From the IMG/VR virus record IMGVR_UViG_3300036376_000002, positions 1 to 40,417 of that record: a DNA stretch of 40,417 nucleotides; one strand, 5' to 3'. A program made the translations under genes and the position numbers. The notes under the pieces were generated by a model, which saw only the letters and a list, made by a program, of their open reading frames with translations, was not told the DNA's origin and made no database searches. Positions 8,265 through 17,547 of this stretch are shown here, one piece after another (position 1 is the first letter of the stretch; the number at the start of each line of letters is the position of its first letter). This DNA is from a virus (lineage: Duplodnaviria > Caudoviricetes).

Positions 8265-8366
8265 GGAACGCCCCACGGCGCCGGGGGGGCGGTCACCGGC
8301 ACGGCAGGCCTCGGCCATGTCGCGCACGTTGACCCCACCCCCCCACTTTGATCGGAGAGCAAGCAC

Positions 8367-8843
8367 GTGACCGGCTTCGTTGCCATGCCCCCGCCGCCAC
8401 AGTCGCCCGATGGCGCGACCATCGAGGCGGACGAATGGTTTCCGGGCATCGATGCCAACGCGATGCGCGACAGCATGCAGCTGCGCCTCGATGTGCCGCA
8501 TCCCCGGCTTGTCGCGGCGCTCCACGGCGCGCTGCTGACGGTCACAGGGGACCTTGCCGACTGGAAGGCCACCCATGTCGCTGCCGGTGCCGCAGATCTG
8601 GCCGCGGTCGATCCGGACACCACCATCGACGGCCAGCACCGCCTGACCTTGCTGTTCCTGCGCGCGGTGCGCTTCGCCGCGGCGGCCGAGCTCGCCGATC
8701 TCGCCCGGGATTCGGCTGCCACGCAGGAAGCCGTCGACCGCCTCGCCGACGAACTCAGCACCGCCGCCGAGATGCGCCGCGTGTCGATCGCCGCCATCCG
8801 CGACATGCTCAAGGTGACCCGCGTCGCCGTGGAGCTGATCTGA
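8367..8843 (+). CDS. L: Head completion/stabilization protein
   Basis: DEWFPGID...AIRDMLKVTRVAVELI; synteny. Confidence 0.85.
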   Translation: MTGFVAMPPPPQSPDGATIEADEWFPGIDANAMRDSMQLRLDVPHPRLVAALHGALLTVTGDLADWKATHVAAGAADLAAVDPDTTIDGQHRLTLLFLRAVRFAAAAELADLARDSAATQEAVDRLADELSTAAEMRRVSIAAIRDMLKVTRVAVELI

Positions 8844-9061
8844 TGGCTGAGGCACCGCTCGCTACGACCGCTCTCGCCGGGGAAACGCTCGACGCGCTGT
8901 GCTGGCGCGTCCTTGGCCGCACCGACGGCGTCGTCGAGCAGGCCCTCGCCCTCAACCCCGCACATGCCGCCAGCGTCATCCTGCCCGAGGGTGCCGCCAT
9001 CCTGTTGCCGTCCTCGATCGTCGCCGCACCGGCCATCGAGACGGTCCAGCTGTGGAACTGA
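8843..9061 (+). CDS. X: Tail protein X (LysM-like)
   Basis: GETLDALCWRVLGRT...LNP...VQLWN; TGATG coupling to L. Confidence 0.9.
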   Translation: MAEAPLATTALAGETLDALCWRVLGRTDGVVEQALALNPAHAASVILPEGAAILLPSSIVAAPAIETVQLWN

Positions 9062-9066
9062 TACCG

Positions 9067-9447
9067 ATGACTGACTGGCGCGAATTCATGCTCTGGTGGA
9101 CCTTCTCGATCCTCGCTGCCGCGACCGTCGTCGGCGCGAAGCTGGGCATGCTGCTGTTCGCGATGGCACCCGACCCGCCTGCGGAGCCGGAGCTTGCCGC
9201 CCACTGGCGTCGCCGGCGGCGCTGGCTGGTCTATGCCGAGCTGTCGGCCCTGCCGGCCTTTGCCACCATCGCCGTCACCCTGACCGCGCACGGCAACCTC
9301 GAGCCGATCATGTCGGTGCTGCTGTCGATGGGCTTGGGCGGCGTCGGATTCGTGCTGCTGCTGGACGCCGTCCAGTGGCTGTTCCGCAAGCGCATCGGCA
9401 TGCCGCAGCCGATCGCTCCGCCCGATGGTGGAGAGCCCCATGCCTGA
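9067..9447 (+). CDS. Putative holin (126 aa, about 3 transmembrane segments)
   Basis: Hydrophobic segments, basic RRRRR loop, first gene after X where P2 places its holin. Confidence 0.6.
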   Translation: MTDWREFMLWWTFSILAAATVVGAKLGMLLFAMAPDPPAEPELAAHWRRRRRWLVYAELSALPAFATIAVTLTAHGNLEPIMSVLLSMGLGGVGFVLLLDAVQWLFRKRIGMPQPIAPPDGGEPHA

Positions 9448-9592
9448 CCTGGTCCTGATCCTCGTCGCCCTGTCGACCGCCTTCGCCCTGTTCGCGGGCC
9501 TGAAGGCGGTCTGGCACAACAGCCGGCTGCGCGCCGGCGGGCAGGAGCCGCTGGGCACCTTCCGTAACCTTGTCGATCGCCAGAGGAGATAG
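9440..9592 (+). CDS. Small single-TM lysis-cassette protein (50 aa)
   Basis: Read by hand: MPDLVLILVALSTAFALFAGLKAVWHNSRLRAGG...; overlaps the holin end and carries the RBS of the next gene. Confidence 0.55.
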   Translation: MPDLVLILVALSTAFALFAGLKAVWHNSRLRAGGQEPLGTFRNLVDRQRR

Positions 9593-9594
9593 CG

Positions 9595-9978
9595 ATGTGG
9601 ACCTATGACCAGTCGAGCGGCGAGCTGCGCAACGCCAAAGGCCAGCTGGTATCGACCGGCTACAGCGGCCATGGCCGCGGCAAGAACAATCCCGCGCTGC
9701 AGGGCGTCAAGGGCGTCGGGCCGATCCCGCGCGGCCGCTGGCGCATGCAGTCGATCTACGACAGCAAGAACGTTGGGCCACGCGCGATCACGCTCTGGTC
9801 GCTCGACGATCCGACGATCGACGATCGCCACGAGGCAACCGGTCGCAGCGCCTTCCGCATTCATGGCGACAGCGTCCGTGCGCCCGGCACCGGATCACGC
9901 GGCTGCATCATCCTGCCTCGCGCTGTCCGCGTCGCCATGTGGGCCTCTGGCGATCGCGAGATCGAGGTCATCGCGTGA
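9595..9978 (+). CDS. DUF2778/Tlde1-like L,D-transpeptidase-fold protein, putative endolysin
   Basis: GYSGHG..KNNP......GVGPIPRG and catalytic-type FRIHG...SRGCI; occupies the endolysin slot; GAGGAG RBS. Confidence 0.8.
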   Translation: MWTYDQSSGELRNAKGQLVSTGYSGHGRGKNNPALQGVKGVGPIPRGRWRMQSIYDSKNVGPRAITLWSLDDPTIDDRHEATGRSAFRIHGDSVRAPGTGSRGCIILPRAVRVAMWASGDREIEVIA

Positions 9979-10097
9979 GCGAGCCACGCAACCACGAATC
10001 GTGGCCGCTCGACCTGATGCGACAGGCGGCGCTGCCGTTCATCGTGGCGCTGATCATGCTCGGCCTGCTGCTCAACTGGTTCGTCCGCACCAACTGA
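9975..10097 (+). CDS. Small single-TM protein (40 aa)
   Basis: Read by hand: GTG start overlapping the previous TGA; ...AALPFIVALIMLGLLLNWFVRTN. Confidence 0.5.
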   Translation: MSEPRNHESWPLDLMRQAALPFIVALIMLGLLLNWFVRTN

Positions 10098-10109
10098 AGG
10101 GAATCCGCC

Positions 10110-10478
10110 ATGCTTCTTCGAATTGCCATCCTGTCCATCATTGCCTTGCTGATGACCGGCTGCGCGGGGATCGGCGGGATCGCCGCCGGCATCCCGCCCA
10201 GCCCCGCCGCGGCGGCCGACCAGACCACGCTCGATGAGCGCGGAGCGATCGCCGTCGAGATCGCCTATCAGGCGGCAGCACGCGCGGTCGAGGCGTTGAC
10301 CGATGCCGGTCTTATCGAGGGTGCCGCTGCCACGCGCGTCGCAGAAGTCGACCGCAAGGCCTTTGCCGCCGTGCAGGCCGCGCGAACGGCGTATGACGCC
10401 GGCAATTCAGCCAGCTACGCCGAGGCCTTGGCCAAGGCCCGATCCGAGATCGCCGCCCTGCTGCGATTGATCACCTAG
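10110..10478 (+). CDS. Lipoprotein in the lysis cassette (spanin-like candidate)
   Basis: Signal peptide with lipobox LMTG-C, Ala-rich helical body. Confidence 0.7.
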   Translation: MLLRIAILSIIALLMTGCAGIGGIAAGIPPSPAAAADQTTLDERGAIAVEIAYQAAARAVEALTDAGLIEGAAATRVAEVDRKAFAAVQAARTAYDAGNSASYAEALAKARSEIAALLRLIT

Positions 10479-10488
10479 GGAGCAAGCC

Positions 10489-10698
10489 ATGAGCCTCAAC
10501 CAGATTCTCGAGATCCTGCGCAGCGGCGCCGATGCCGCCCACGCCTTTCGTCAGCTGTTCGATCTGGCGGTCACCACCTTCAGCGAAGCCGACCAGGCCA
10601 AGCTCAAGGCCGCCTATGCCGAAGCGCGCATCGCCAGCGACGCGGCGCATGACCGCCTGCAGGACAAGCTCGCCGACGCGGCCAGTCGCCCGGCCTGA
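10489..10698 (+). CDS. Hypothetical helical protein (69 aa)
   Basis: GGGAG RBS, coupled to R by TGATG. Confidence 0.7.
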   Translation: MSLNQILEILRSGADAAHAFRQLFDLAVTTFSEADQAKLKAAYAEARIASDAAHDRLQDKLADAASRPA

Positions 10699-11180
10699 TG
10701 CTCAAGCCTGACGCGCTCCGCACCCACATCACCGCGGCGCTTCCGGATCTCGCGCGGGATCCGGAGCGTCTGCGGATGTGGATCGATCGCGGATCGATCC
10801 GCTCGCGCCAGACCGCCTCGCTCGCCTTCCAATATGGCTATCGCCTCAATGTGGTGGTGCTCGACTGGACGCTGTCGCCGTCGATCATCTTCATCCTGCT
10901 GGTCGACTGGCTCCGCCGTCACCAGCCCGACCTCGTCGCCAGCCAGTCGGCGCCCGGCTTCACCTTCGAGGCCGACATCATTGACACGCGCACCATGGAC
11001 CTGTCGATCGAGCTTGACCTCACCGAGACCGTGTCGACCGTCCCCCGCGCCGGCGGCGGCTTCGACCTGCAGCATCATGCCGAGCCTGTCCCGATGTTCC
11101 CCGACGATGTCGAGCTTGCTCCGGCGCTGACCGAGCTGTGGCTCGGCGCCGATCGCATCCTCCCCGGCCCTGCCGTCTGA
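10698..11180 (+). CDS. R: Tail completion protein R
   Basis: MLKPDALR...DPERLRMWIDRG...WLRRHQPD...DLSIELDLTE. Confidence 0.9.
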   Translation: MLKPDALRTHITAALPDLARDPERLRMWIDRGSIRSRQTASLAFQYGYRLNVVVLDWTLSPSIIFILLVDWLRRHQPDLVASQSAPGFTFEADIIDTRTMDLSIELDLTETVSTVPRAGGGFDLQHHAEPVPMFPDDVELAPALTELWLGADRILPGPAV

Positions 11181-11190
11181 CCCGCTACCG

Positions 11191-11661
11191 GTGGCCGACG
11201 ATTTCTCCCGTCTCGAGCCGTGGATCATGGGTCTGGCGGCGCGCCTGTCGCCGGCAGCGCGGCGCGGCCTTGCGCTGCGCATCGGCCGCATCATGAGCCA
11301 GAGCAATGCCGAGCGGGTCGCCGCCAATATCCAGCCCGATGGCAGCGCCATGGAGCCGCGCAAGCTCCGCACGCGCCGCGACGGCCAGCGGGTGCGCAAG
11401 AAGGGGCGCATGTTCCGGAAAATCGCGCTCGCCCGCAACATGAAGATCGATGCGCAAGCAGAGGGCGTGGCCGTCAGCTTCGTCGGCGACGTGCGCAAAA
11501 CTGCGGAGATCCATCACTTCGGCCTGCGCGACCGTGTCGCCCGCTTCCGCGGCGCGCCAGAGGTCCAGTATCCCGCCCGCCGCCTAATGGGCTTCGGCGA
11601 GGATGACCCGGACGCCATCATGCAGGCCGTGCTCGACCATCTGCAGCGCTCCGGTCTCTGA
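11191..11661 (+). CDS. S: Virion morphogenesis / tail completion protein S
   Basis: NIQPDGSAMEPRK, IHHFGLRDRV, YPARRLMGF. Confidence 0.9.
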   Translation: MADDFSRLEPWIMGLAARLSPAARRGLALRIGRIMSQSNAERVAANIQPDGSAMEPRKLRTRRDGQRVRKKGRMFRKIALARNMKIDAQAEGVAVSFVGDVRKTAEIHHFGLRDRVARFRGAPEVQYPARRLMGFGEDDPDAIMQAVLDHLQRSGL

Positions 11662-11678
11662 CCTGGTCCGCCCGCTCC

Positions 11679-11703
11679 CCTTGTAACGGTGCGTGTTACA
11701 AGG
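11679..11703. promoter_or_regulatory. Late-promoter activator palindrome upstream of J
   Basis: CCTTGTAACGGTGCGTGTTACAAGG; its reverse complement differs from the 5203 copy at one position. Confidence 0.8.
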
Positions 11704-11811
11704 GCCGACCGTTGCGCGCGCGGTGTGCCCGCCGACAACCGCCACTATGCCCGCCAGCATCGCCTCCTCGACGGCACTACCGCCAGCGCTTGCGCTGGGG
11801 GAAGGTAGTAT

Positions 11812-12726
11812 ATGACCGGATCGATTGCTTCCTCGACAGCAATCGACCTGTCCCGCCTGCCCGCGCCGCAGATCATCGACCAGCGCGGCTTCGAGGCGAT
11901 CCTCTCGGATCTGCAGGCAGAGCTGCTTGCCCGCTTCCCGGCCTACTCTGCGGCGCTGGAATCGGACCCGGTCCAGAAGATCCTCGAGATCTCGGCCTAT
12001 CGCGAGCTGGTGCTGCGCGCCGACTTCAACCTGCGCGCGCGCGGCACGCTGATCGCCTATGCCACCGGCGCGGATCTCGACAATCTCGCCGCCCTCTATG
12101 CGGTCGAGCGGCTCGTGCTGGTACCGGCCAACCCGGCCACCGGCGCAGCTGCGGTGCTCGAGTCCGACGATGCCCTGCGCGCCCGGGTGCTGCTCGCGCC
12201 CGACAGCTTCACCGTCGCCGGCCCCGCCAGTGCCTATGTCTTCCACGCCCTGTCGGCCTCGGGCGACGTCCTCGATGCGTCCGCGATCTCGCCCGAGCCG
12301 GGCGAAGTGGTCGTGTCGCTGCTGGCGCGGCCGACCGAGGCCCAGCCATCGGGCGCAGCCTCGCCCGAACTGGTCAGCCTGGTCGAAGCCGCGCTGTCGG
12401 CCGATACCGTGCGCCCGCTTACCGATCTGGTGACCGTCCAGTCGGCCACAATCACCGCCTTTTCGGTGGTGGCCCGGCTGCACATCTTCGCCGGGCCCGA
12501 TCGCAATCTCATCCTCGCCACTGCCATCGCCAACCTGCAGGCATGGCTCGATGAAAATCGCCGCCTCGGTCGCGACGTGCCGCGTAGTGCCCTCATCGCC
12601 GCGCTTCACGCCGGCGGCGTCCAGCGGGTCAACCTGATCGCGCCTGCAGAGGACCTGGTCTTCGATGCGACGGCGGCAGGCTGGGCGGAAGAGATCGACG
12701 TGGCGATCGCGGGCATCGACGAATGA
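11812..12726 (+). CDS. J: Baseplate assembly protein J
   Basis: IDLSRLPAP, ESDDALRAR, AGPASAYVFHA, VRPLTD. Confidence 0.93.
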   Translation: MTGSIASSTAIDLSRLPAPQIIDQRGFEAILSDLQAELLARFPAYSAALESDPVQKILEISAYRELVLRADFNLRARGTLIAYATGADLDNLAALYAVERLVLVPANPATGAAAVLESDDALRARVLLAPDSFTVAGPASAYVFHALSASGDVLDASAISPEPGEVVVSLLARPTEAQPSGAASPELVSLVEAALSADTVRPLTDLVTVQSATITAFSVVARLHIFAGPDRNLILATAIANLQAWLDENRRLGRDVPRSALIAALHAGGVQRVNLIAPAEDLVFDATAAGWAEEIDVAIAGIDE

Positions 12727-13364
12727 CCGGCGTCGCCACGCTCCTCCCGCCGCTCGCAACGCCGCACGAGCGTGCGCTCGAGCAGGCCATTGCCAAGACC
12801 TTCGACATCGATGTCGAGATCGCCAAGCTGTGGAATCCGCTCACCTGCCCGGCTTCGCTGCTGCCATGGCTGGCGTGGGGCCTGTCAATCGATCTCTGGG
12901 ATGCCGACTGGAGTGAGGCGACCAAGCGCGCGGCGATCGCCGATGCCATCCCCTTTCAGCAGCGCAAGGGCACCCGGGCCTCGCTGCGCACCGTGCTCGA
13001 TCGCTTCGACCCGCTGATCGAGATCGTCGAATGGTTCGAAGCCAACCCGCGCATGCAGCCGCACACCTTCAGGCTCGAACTGCCCCTGCCATCACAGAGC
13101 GCCGTCACCTACGACGAAGCATTGGTCGCGGCGCTGCTGCGCGACATCGCTGCCGTCAAGCCGGTGCGATCGCACATGCAGGCGGTCTTCAGCTTGCGCG
13201 CCCAGACCGGGGCATCGCTCGCCGCCGCCGCGCAGACCTCGGTCTTCGCCCGCTTCGACGCGGGCGTCGATACCGACATCGAGCCTGACTGGCTGACCTA
13301 TCTGCAGACCGAGATCGGCGAGCCGATCCTTGCCGAAGCCGGCACCTTTCTGGAGCCAATCTGA
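12723..13364 (+). CDS. I: Baseplate/tail protein I
   Basis: LWNPLTCPASLLPWLAW, KGT, IVEWFE, KPVRSH. Confidence 0.92.
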   Translation: MTGVATLLPPLATPHERALEQAIAKTFDIDVEIAKLWNPLTCPASLLPWLAWGLSIDLWDADWSEATKRAAIADAIPFQQRKGTRASLRTVLDRFDPLIEIVEWFEANPRMQPHTFRLELPLPSQSAVTYDEALVAALLRDIAAVKPVRSHMQAVFSLRAQTGASLAAAAQTSVFARFDAGVDTDIEPDWLTYLQTEIGEPILAEAGTFLEPI

Positions 13365-14437
13365 TGCCGACCATCCAGCTCACTGTCACCAGCGCCGGCC
13401 TCGATGCACTGGTCGATGCCCAGAACGGCGTCACCGACGCGATCGTCGTTGCCGAGCTCGGCCTCGCCTCCGCCAGCTTCACCGCCGCACCGACGCTCGA
13501 GGCCCTGCCCAACGAGTTCAAGCGCATCGATGCTATCGCCGGCACGTCCGTCTCTGAAAACATGATCCACATGGTCGCGCAGGATTCGTCGAGCGATGTC
13601 TATGCGGTCTACGGCATCGGCCTGTTCCTCTCGGACGGCACGCTCTTCGCCAGCTACGCGCAGGAAGAGCCGATCGTGATGAAAGTCTCCATCGCGTCCT
13701 TCCTGATCGCCTTCGACATCGCCTTCTTGGGCGCAGTCGACGTCGCCATCGAGTTCGGCGATGCCAGCTTCATCTATCCGCCGGCGACCGAGACCATCAA
13801 GGGCGTGGCCGAGCTCGCCACCGACGCCGAGGCCGACGCCGGCGTCGACGATCAGCGCATCATGACGCCAAAGAAGGTCAAGCGCGTGCTCGATGCGCTT
13901 GGCGCCGCGCTGACCGCGGCACAGGCTGCATTTCAGGCGGCAGTCACGGCGTCACAGGTGGCCTTTGAGGCAGCGGTCAACGGCACCCTCGCCGCCCTGC
14001 AAGCGCGCACCATCACCGGCGGCGGACTCGTGACCGGCGGCGGGGACCTGACCGCCAACCGGGTGCTCACCGTCGCCAAGGCCACCAACGCCGACTTCGA
14101 GGCAGGAATCGGCGACGGCGTCATCACCGCGGAATTGCTCGCCAGCCTGCCGCGCGTCGCCTCGCAGATCGGCGGCGCAACCATCCCCGGCACCGGAGGC
14201 CTGATCATCCGGCATGGCCGCTTTACCTGCGTCGCCAATGGCTCGGTCGCGGTCACCTTCGTCCCGGCCTTTCCCAACGAATGCTACGAGGTGGTCATCT
14301 CCGGCGGCACCAGCGATCCGGGCGCGCAGGACAATTTCGTCAACCTGGTGTCGTCGAGCGTCAGCCAGACCGGCTTTTCCGCCTCGAACGGCCGCGGCTT
14401 CACCTATTCCTGCCACTATATCGCCGTGGGGCGCTGA
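13364..14437 (+). CDS. H: Tail fibre protein (short, 357 aa)
   Basis: N-terminal baseplate-anchor region (GLFLSDGTLFA), ATETIKGVAELAT repeat, C-terminal GLIIRHG...FPNEC...YIAVGR. Confidence 0.85.
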   Translation: MPTIQLTVTSAGLDALVDAQNGVTDAIVVAELGLASASFTAAPTLEALPNEFKRIDAIAGTSVSENMIHMVAQDSSSDVYAVYGIGLFLSDGTLFASYAQEEPIVMKVSIASFLIAFDIAFLGAVDVAIEFGDASFIYPPATETIKGVAELATDAEADAGVDDQRIMTPKKVKRVLDALGAALTAAQAAFQAAVTASQVAFEAAVNGTLAALQARTITGGGLVTGGGDLTANRVLTVAKATNADFEAGIGDGVITAELLASLPRVASQIGGATIPGTGGLIIRHGRFTCVANGSVAVTFVPAFPNECYEVVISGGTSDPGAQDNFVNLVSSSVSQTGFSASNGRGFTYSCHYIAVGR

Positions 14438-14439
14438 TC

Positions 14440-14871
14440 ATGCAGCTGTATTTCGACCCTGCCACCAACGGCCTGCTCGACCCTGCCATCCACGCGATTC
14501 CGGCCAATGCCACCCGGATCGCGCCGGCGCGGCTCGCCGAGATCGTCGCGGCCATGGCAGCCGGTGCCGAGCTGGTCGCCGATGCGCAGGGGCGTCCTCG
14601 CCTCAAGCGCCCGTCGACCGAACAGCAGCGCGCCGCGACGATCGCCGGGATCCGCGCCGAGGCCCAGCGCCGGATCCTCGCCGTCTCGCCGCTCTGGCGA
14701 CAGATGAACGATCTGCGCGCGCCGGATGCCCCGGCAGCGACCCAGCGCTTCGCCGCGATCGATGCCATCCGCGCGGCCTCGACCCTGATCGAGCGCGACG
14801 CCGCCGAGACATCGACCGATGCGCTCGCCGCCTTCCCGATCGCCAACCACCCGCTGTGGCCGGAGGATTGA
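14440..14871 (+). CDS. Tail fibre assembly-like protein
   Basis: MQLYFDPATNG...IP......ADAQGRP N-terminus, C-terminal WP; follows H. Confidence 0.7.
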   Translation: MQLYFDPATNGLLDPAIHAIPANATRIAPARLAEIVAAMAAGAELVADAQGRPRLKRPSTEQQRAATIAGIRAEAQRRILAVSPLWRQMNDLRAPDAPAATQRFAAIDAIRAASTLIERDAAETSTDALAAFPIANHPLWPED

Positions 14872-14875
14872 GTCC

Positions 14876-17536
14876 ATGTCCAAGATTTCGGCATTGCCCG
14901 CAGCCGGTGCGCTCACCGGCGATGAAACCGTCGTCTTGGTGCAGGGCGGCCAGACCCGCCGCGGCCAGATCGGCCCGCTGGTCGAAGGTGCGATCGCACC
15001 GCAGATCGAGGCTGCCAGTGAAGCTGCCGACGTTGCCGTTGCGGTCGCCCAGCAGGCCGCTGCCGACCGCCTGATTACCCAGCAGCAGGCAGCGCTGGCC
15101 ACCGGTGCCTCTGCTGCCGTGCTGGCGGCGCTGGGCGGCTATGCACCCGGCGCAGTGCTGCCGATGCTCGCTGCCTCGGCCGCGTTGCTGGCGGCGGTCA
15201 CCGCGCCGGGCGGTGGCGTGCCGGCTGCAGGGACCGAGGCGATCCTCTCCGACGGCAACCGCTTCGGCCTGTTCCGTTTCACTGCCGGGAACCAGATCGC
15301 GAATGTCGCGGCCGACACCAACCAGGCCATCTGGATTGCGCCAGCGGCGGCAGCGACCGGCGTCAACGGCGCGTGGCAGCGGGTGATGGACAATCGCATC
15401 GCGGACGTGCGCTGGTGGGGCGCGATTCCCAATGACACCGCGGCGGCCGACAACAACCGACTGCGGATGACCGCGGCGGCCAGCTGGTGCGCCAACAATG
15501 GCAAGACACTGTGGATCCCGATCGGCGAGTTCTTCGTCACCGCCAATAATGCCGGCAACACCGGCGTCGACTTCATCGCGCCGATCGGTGGCCACTTGTC
15601 CGTCATCGGCGAGTGCCGGTACCGCTCCAAGATCACGCGCGCGCCGATCGCGGCCAACACCTATCCTGCCGGCTCGAGCGCGGTGGTCTGGCTGCACGGC
15701 AACGAGAACGCCAGCTACAGCCTCGTCAACCTCCACTTCGACGGCAACGAGCAGAACCACCCGCTGACCATCCGCACGGTCGCCGGCAACTATTTCAGCT
15801 TCGTCTGCGATGGCGCGACCCGCAGTTTCGCCATCCCCAATTCGTCGCTCGGCTTCCTCTATCTGACCAGCGGCGGGACCAAGCGCTGCCTGCGCCCGCA
15901 CGAATACACTATCAACGGCTCCGGCGCAGGCCGCACCGCGGTGCTCACCTTCTTCCCGGCCAACGGCGACACCGTTGAATGGGAAAATGCATGGGCCTAT
16001 GAGCAGAACGCCACGATCCGGCACAAGACGGGCACCGGCAACGGCATCATGCGCGGCGTCTATGCCTCGCAGATTACCTTCTCCAACCGGGTCGGCGACA
16101 GCTACATGGCCGCGACCCAGAGCGACACCCAGCACTGGAGCGACATCGAGTCGCTCGCCGATCGCGGCCTCCGGCCCCGCTCGGATATCCAGCTCTCGCG
16201 CCTGCCGCTGTCGTTCAAGCTGACCACCTTCACCCTCAACGGCTTCGAGATGGAGCCGGCGGTGGTCCGCGCCAATGTCGCGCTATCGCTCGCCAACGGC
16301 ACCATCCGCGGACCTTGGGACATGGCCGGCGACGTCGCCGCCGGATCCAGCGCCTATTGCACCATCGACGCCGTCAACGTGAAATGCCTCGCGCTGCCGA
16401 CGGCTCATCCTCTGGTCTACAGCAACTTCTACAACATGCGCGGCACCGTCACCGGCTGTTATTTCGGCGCGCTCGAGCGCATCCAGCGGCCGCGCGGGCT
16501 GATGCTGGTCGATTGCCAGTTCAGCCCCGACAGTCAGGGCCTGATGCGCACCGTTGCCAATGCCATCGAGCTCACCCTCGACGCCGACGATACCGAGGCA
16601 ACGATCATCAGGCCAATGTTCAAGGTCGACCTCGACATCTACCCGCAGCAGAAGGCTGGCGCGCATCTCGAGGCGATCTCGGCCCACACGACCAGCGCGC
16701 TGCGCCGGCGGGCAACGATCATCGACCCGCAGACCGATGGCGTACTGCCCCGGGTTTTCTCGCTCAACCGGCAGATGGACGTGCGCATGCGGCTCGGCCG
16801 CGGCTGCAGGGCCGCACAATATGCGATCGATGCCAGCAACTCGGCGGGCTCGCAGATGAAGCTCGCGGTGCATGTCGAATCCGGCTTCGATTGCGCAGCC
16901 CTGCTCTACCTCGGCACCAGCACGCCCAGCGCCACCGCGCTCGGCGATATGACCGTCGAGCTCTCAGGCCAGATCGACGCCAAGAAGTCGGCGGTCTATC
17001 TCAACTATGGCACCGCCACCTGGTCAGTGAGCGGGATCGAGCCGATCGCCGGCGCGACAATAACGCTCAACGGCCACCTCATCACCTTCGTCGACACGGC
17101 CCCGGTCGGCCAGCAGGTGCTGCGCATGGGCGATGGCCAGAAGACCGCGCAGATGCTGATCGACTACATCAACAACACGCCGGCATGTGGCCTCTACGCC
17201 AATCTCAACAATACCGCGATCTTTCTGCGCGCCCGCGCGGCCGACGGCGCGGTGGCCATGGGCCATGCCAACACCGGCTGGGCAGTGCCTGCCGCGCTCA
17301 GCAACGCCAACCCGGTCGACTACAACCCCGGCGCGACCGCGATCGACTGGCGCGGCCGGCTCGACTTCATTGTCGACGCCGATCCGACCAACACCCACCG
17401 GGGCGTGCCCGGCGTCGTTGCGCGCCGCGCCATGCCCGAGACCGCCACAGTCAATGAATGGCACTTCCGTCAGACCAACGCCAACCGCACCCGCTATGGC
17501 AGCAAGGCGGCGTGGGTGGCGGCAGCAGCCTTCTAG
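14876..17536 (+). CDS. Second receptor-binding protein / tailspike, probable beta-helix (886 aa)
   Basis: GGAGG RBS; N-terminal KISALP...TGDETVVLVQGG anchor; DVRWWGAIPND...LWIPIGEF pectate-lyase-3-like helix entry; beta-rich body. Confidence 0.75.
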   Translation: MSKISALPAAGALTGDETVVLVQGGQTRRGQIGPLVEGAIAPQIEAASEAADVAVAVAQQAAADRLITQQQAALATGASAAVLAALGGYAPGAVLPMLAASAALLAAVTAPGGGVPAAGTEAILSDGNRFGLFRFTAGNQIANVAADTNQAIWIAPAAAATGVNGAWQRVMDNRIADVRWWGAIPNDTAAADNNRLRMTAAASWCANNGKTLWIPIGEFFVTANNAGNTGVDFIAPIGGHLSVIGECRYRSKITRAPIAANTYPAGSSAVVWLHGNENASYSLVNLHFDGNEQNHPLTIRTVAGNYFSFVCDGATRSFAIPNSSLGFLYLTSGGTKRCLRPHEYTINGSGAGRTAVLTFFPANGDTVEWENAWAYEQNATIRHKTGTGNGIMRGVYASQITFSNRVGDSYMAATQSDTQHWSDIESLADRGLRPRSDIQLSRLPLSFKLTTFTLNGFEMEPAVVRANVALSLANGTIRGPWDMAGDVAAGSSAYCTIDAVNVKCLALPTAHPLVYSNFYNMRGTVTGCYFGALERIQRPRGLMLVDCQFSPDSQGLMRTVANAIELTLDADDTEATIIRPMFKVDLDIYPQQKAGAHLEAISAHTTSALRRRATIIDPQTDGVLPRVFSLNRQMDVRMRLGRGCRAAQYAIDASNSAGSQMKLAVHVESGFDCAALLYLGTSTPSATALGDMTVELSGQIDAKKSAVYLNYGTATWSVSGIEPIAGATITLNGHLITFVDTAPVGQQVLRMGDGQKTAQMLIDYINNTPACGLYANLNNTAIFLRARAADGAVAMGHANTGWAVPAALSNANPVDYNPGATAIDWRGRLDFIVDADPTNTHRGVPGVVARRAMPETATVNEWHFRQTNANRTRYGSKAAWVAAAAF

Positions 17537-17547
17537 GGAGCAGCGCA

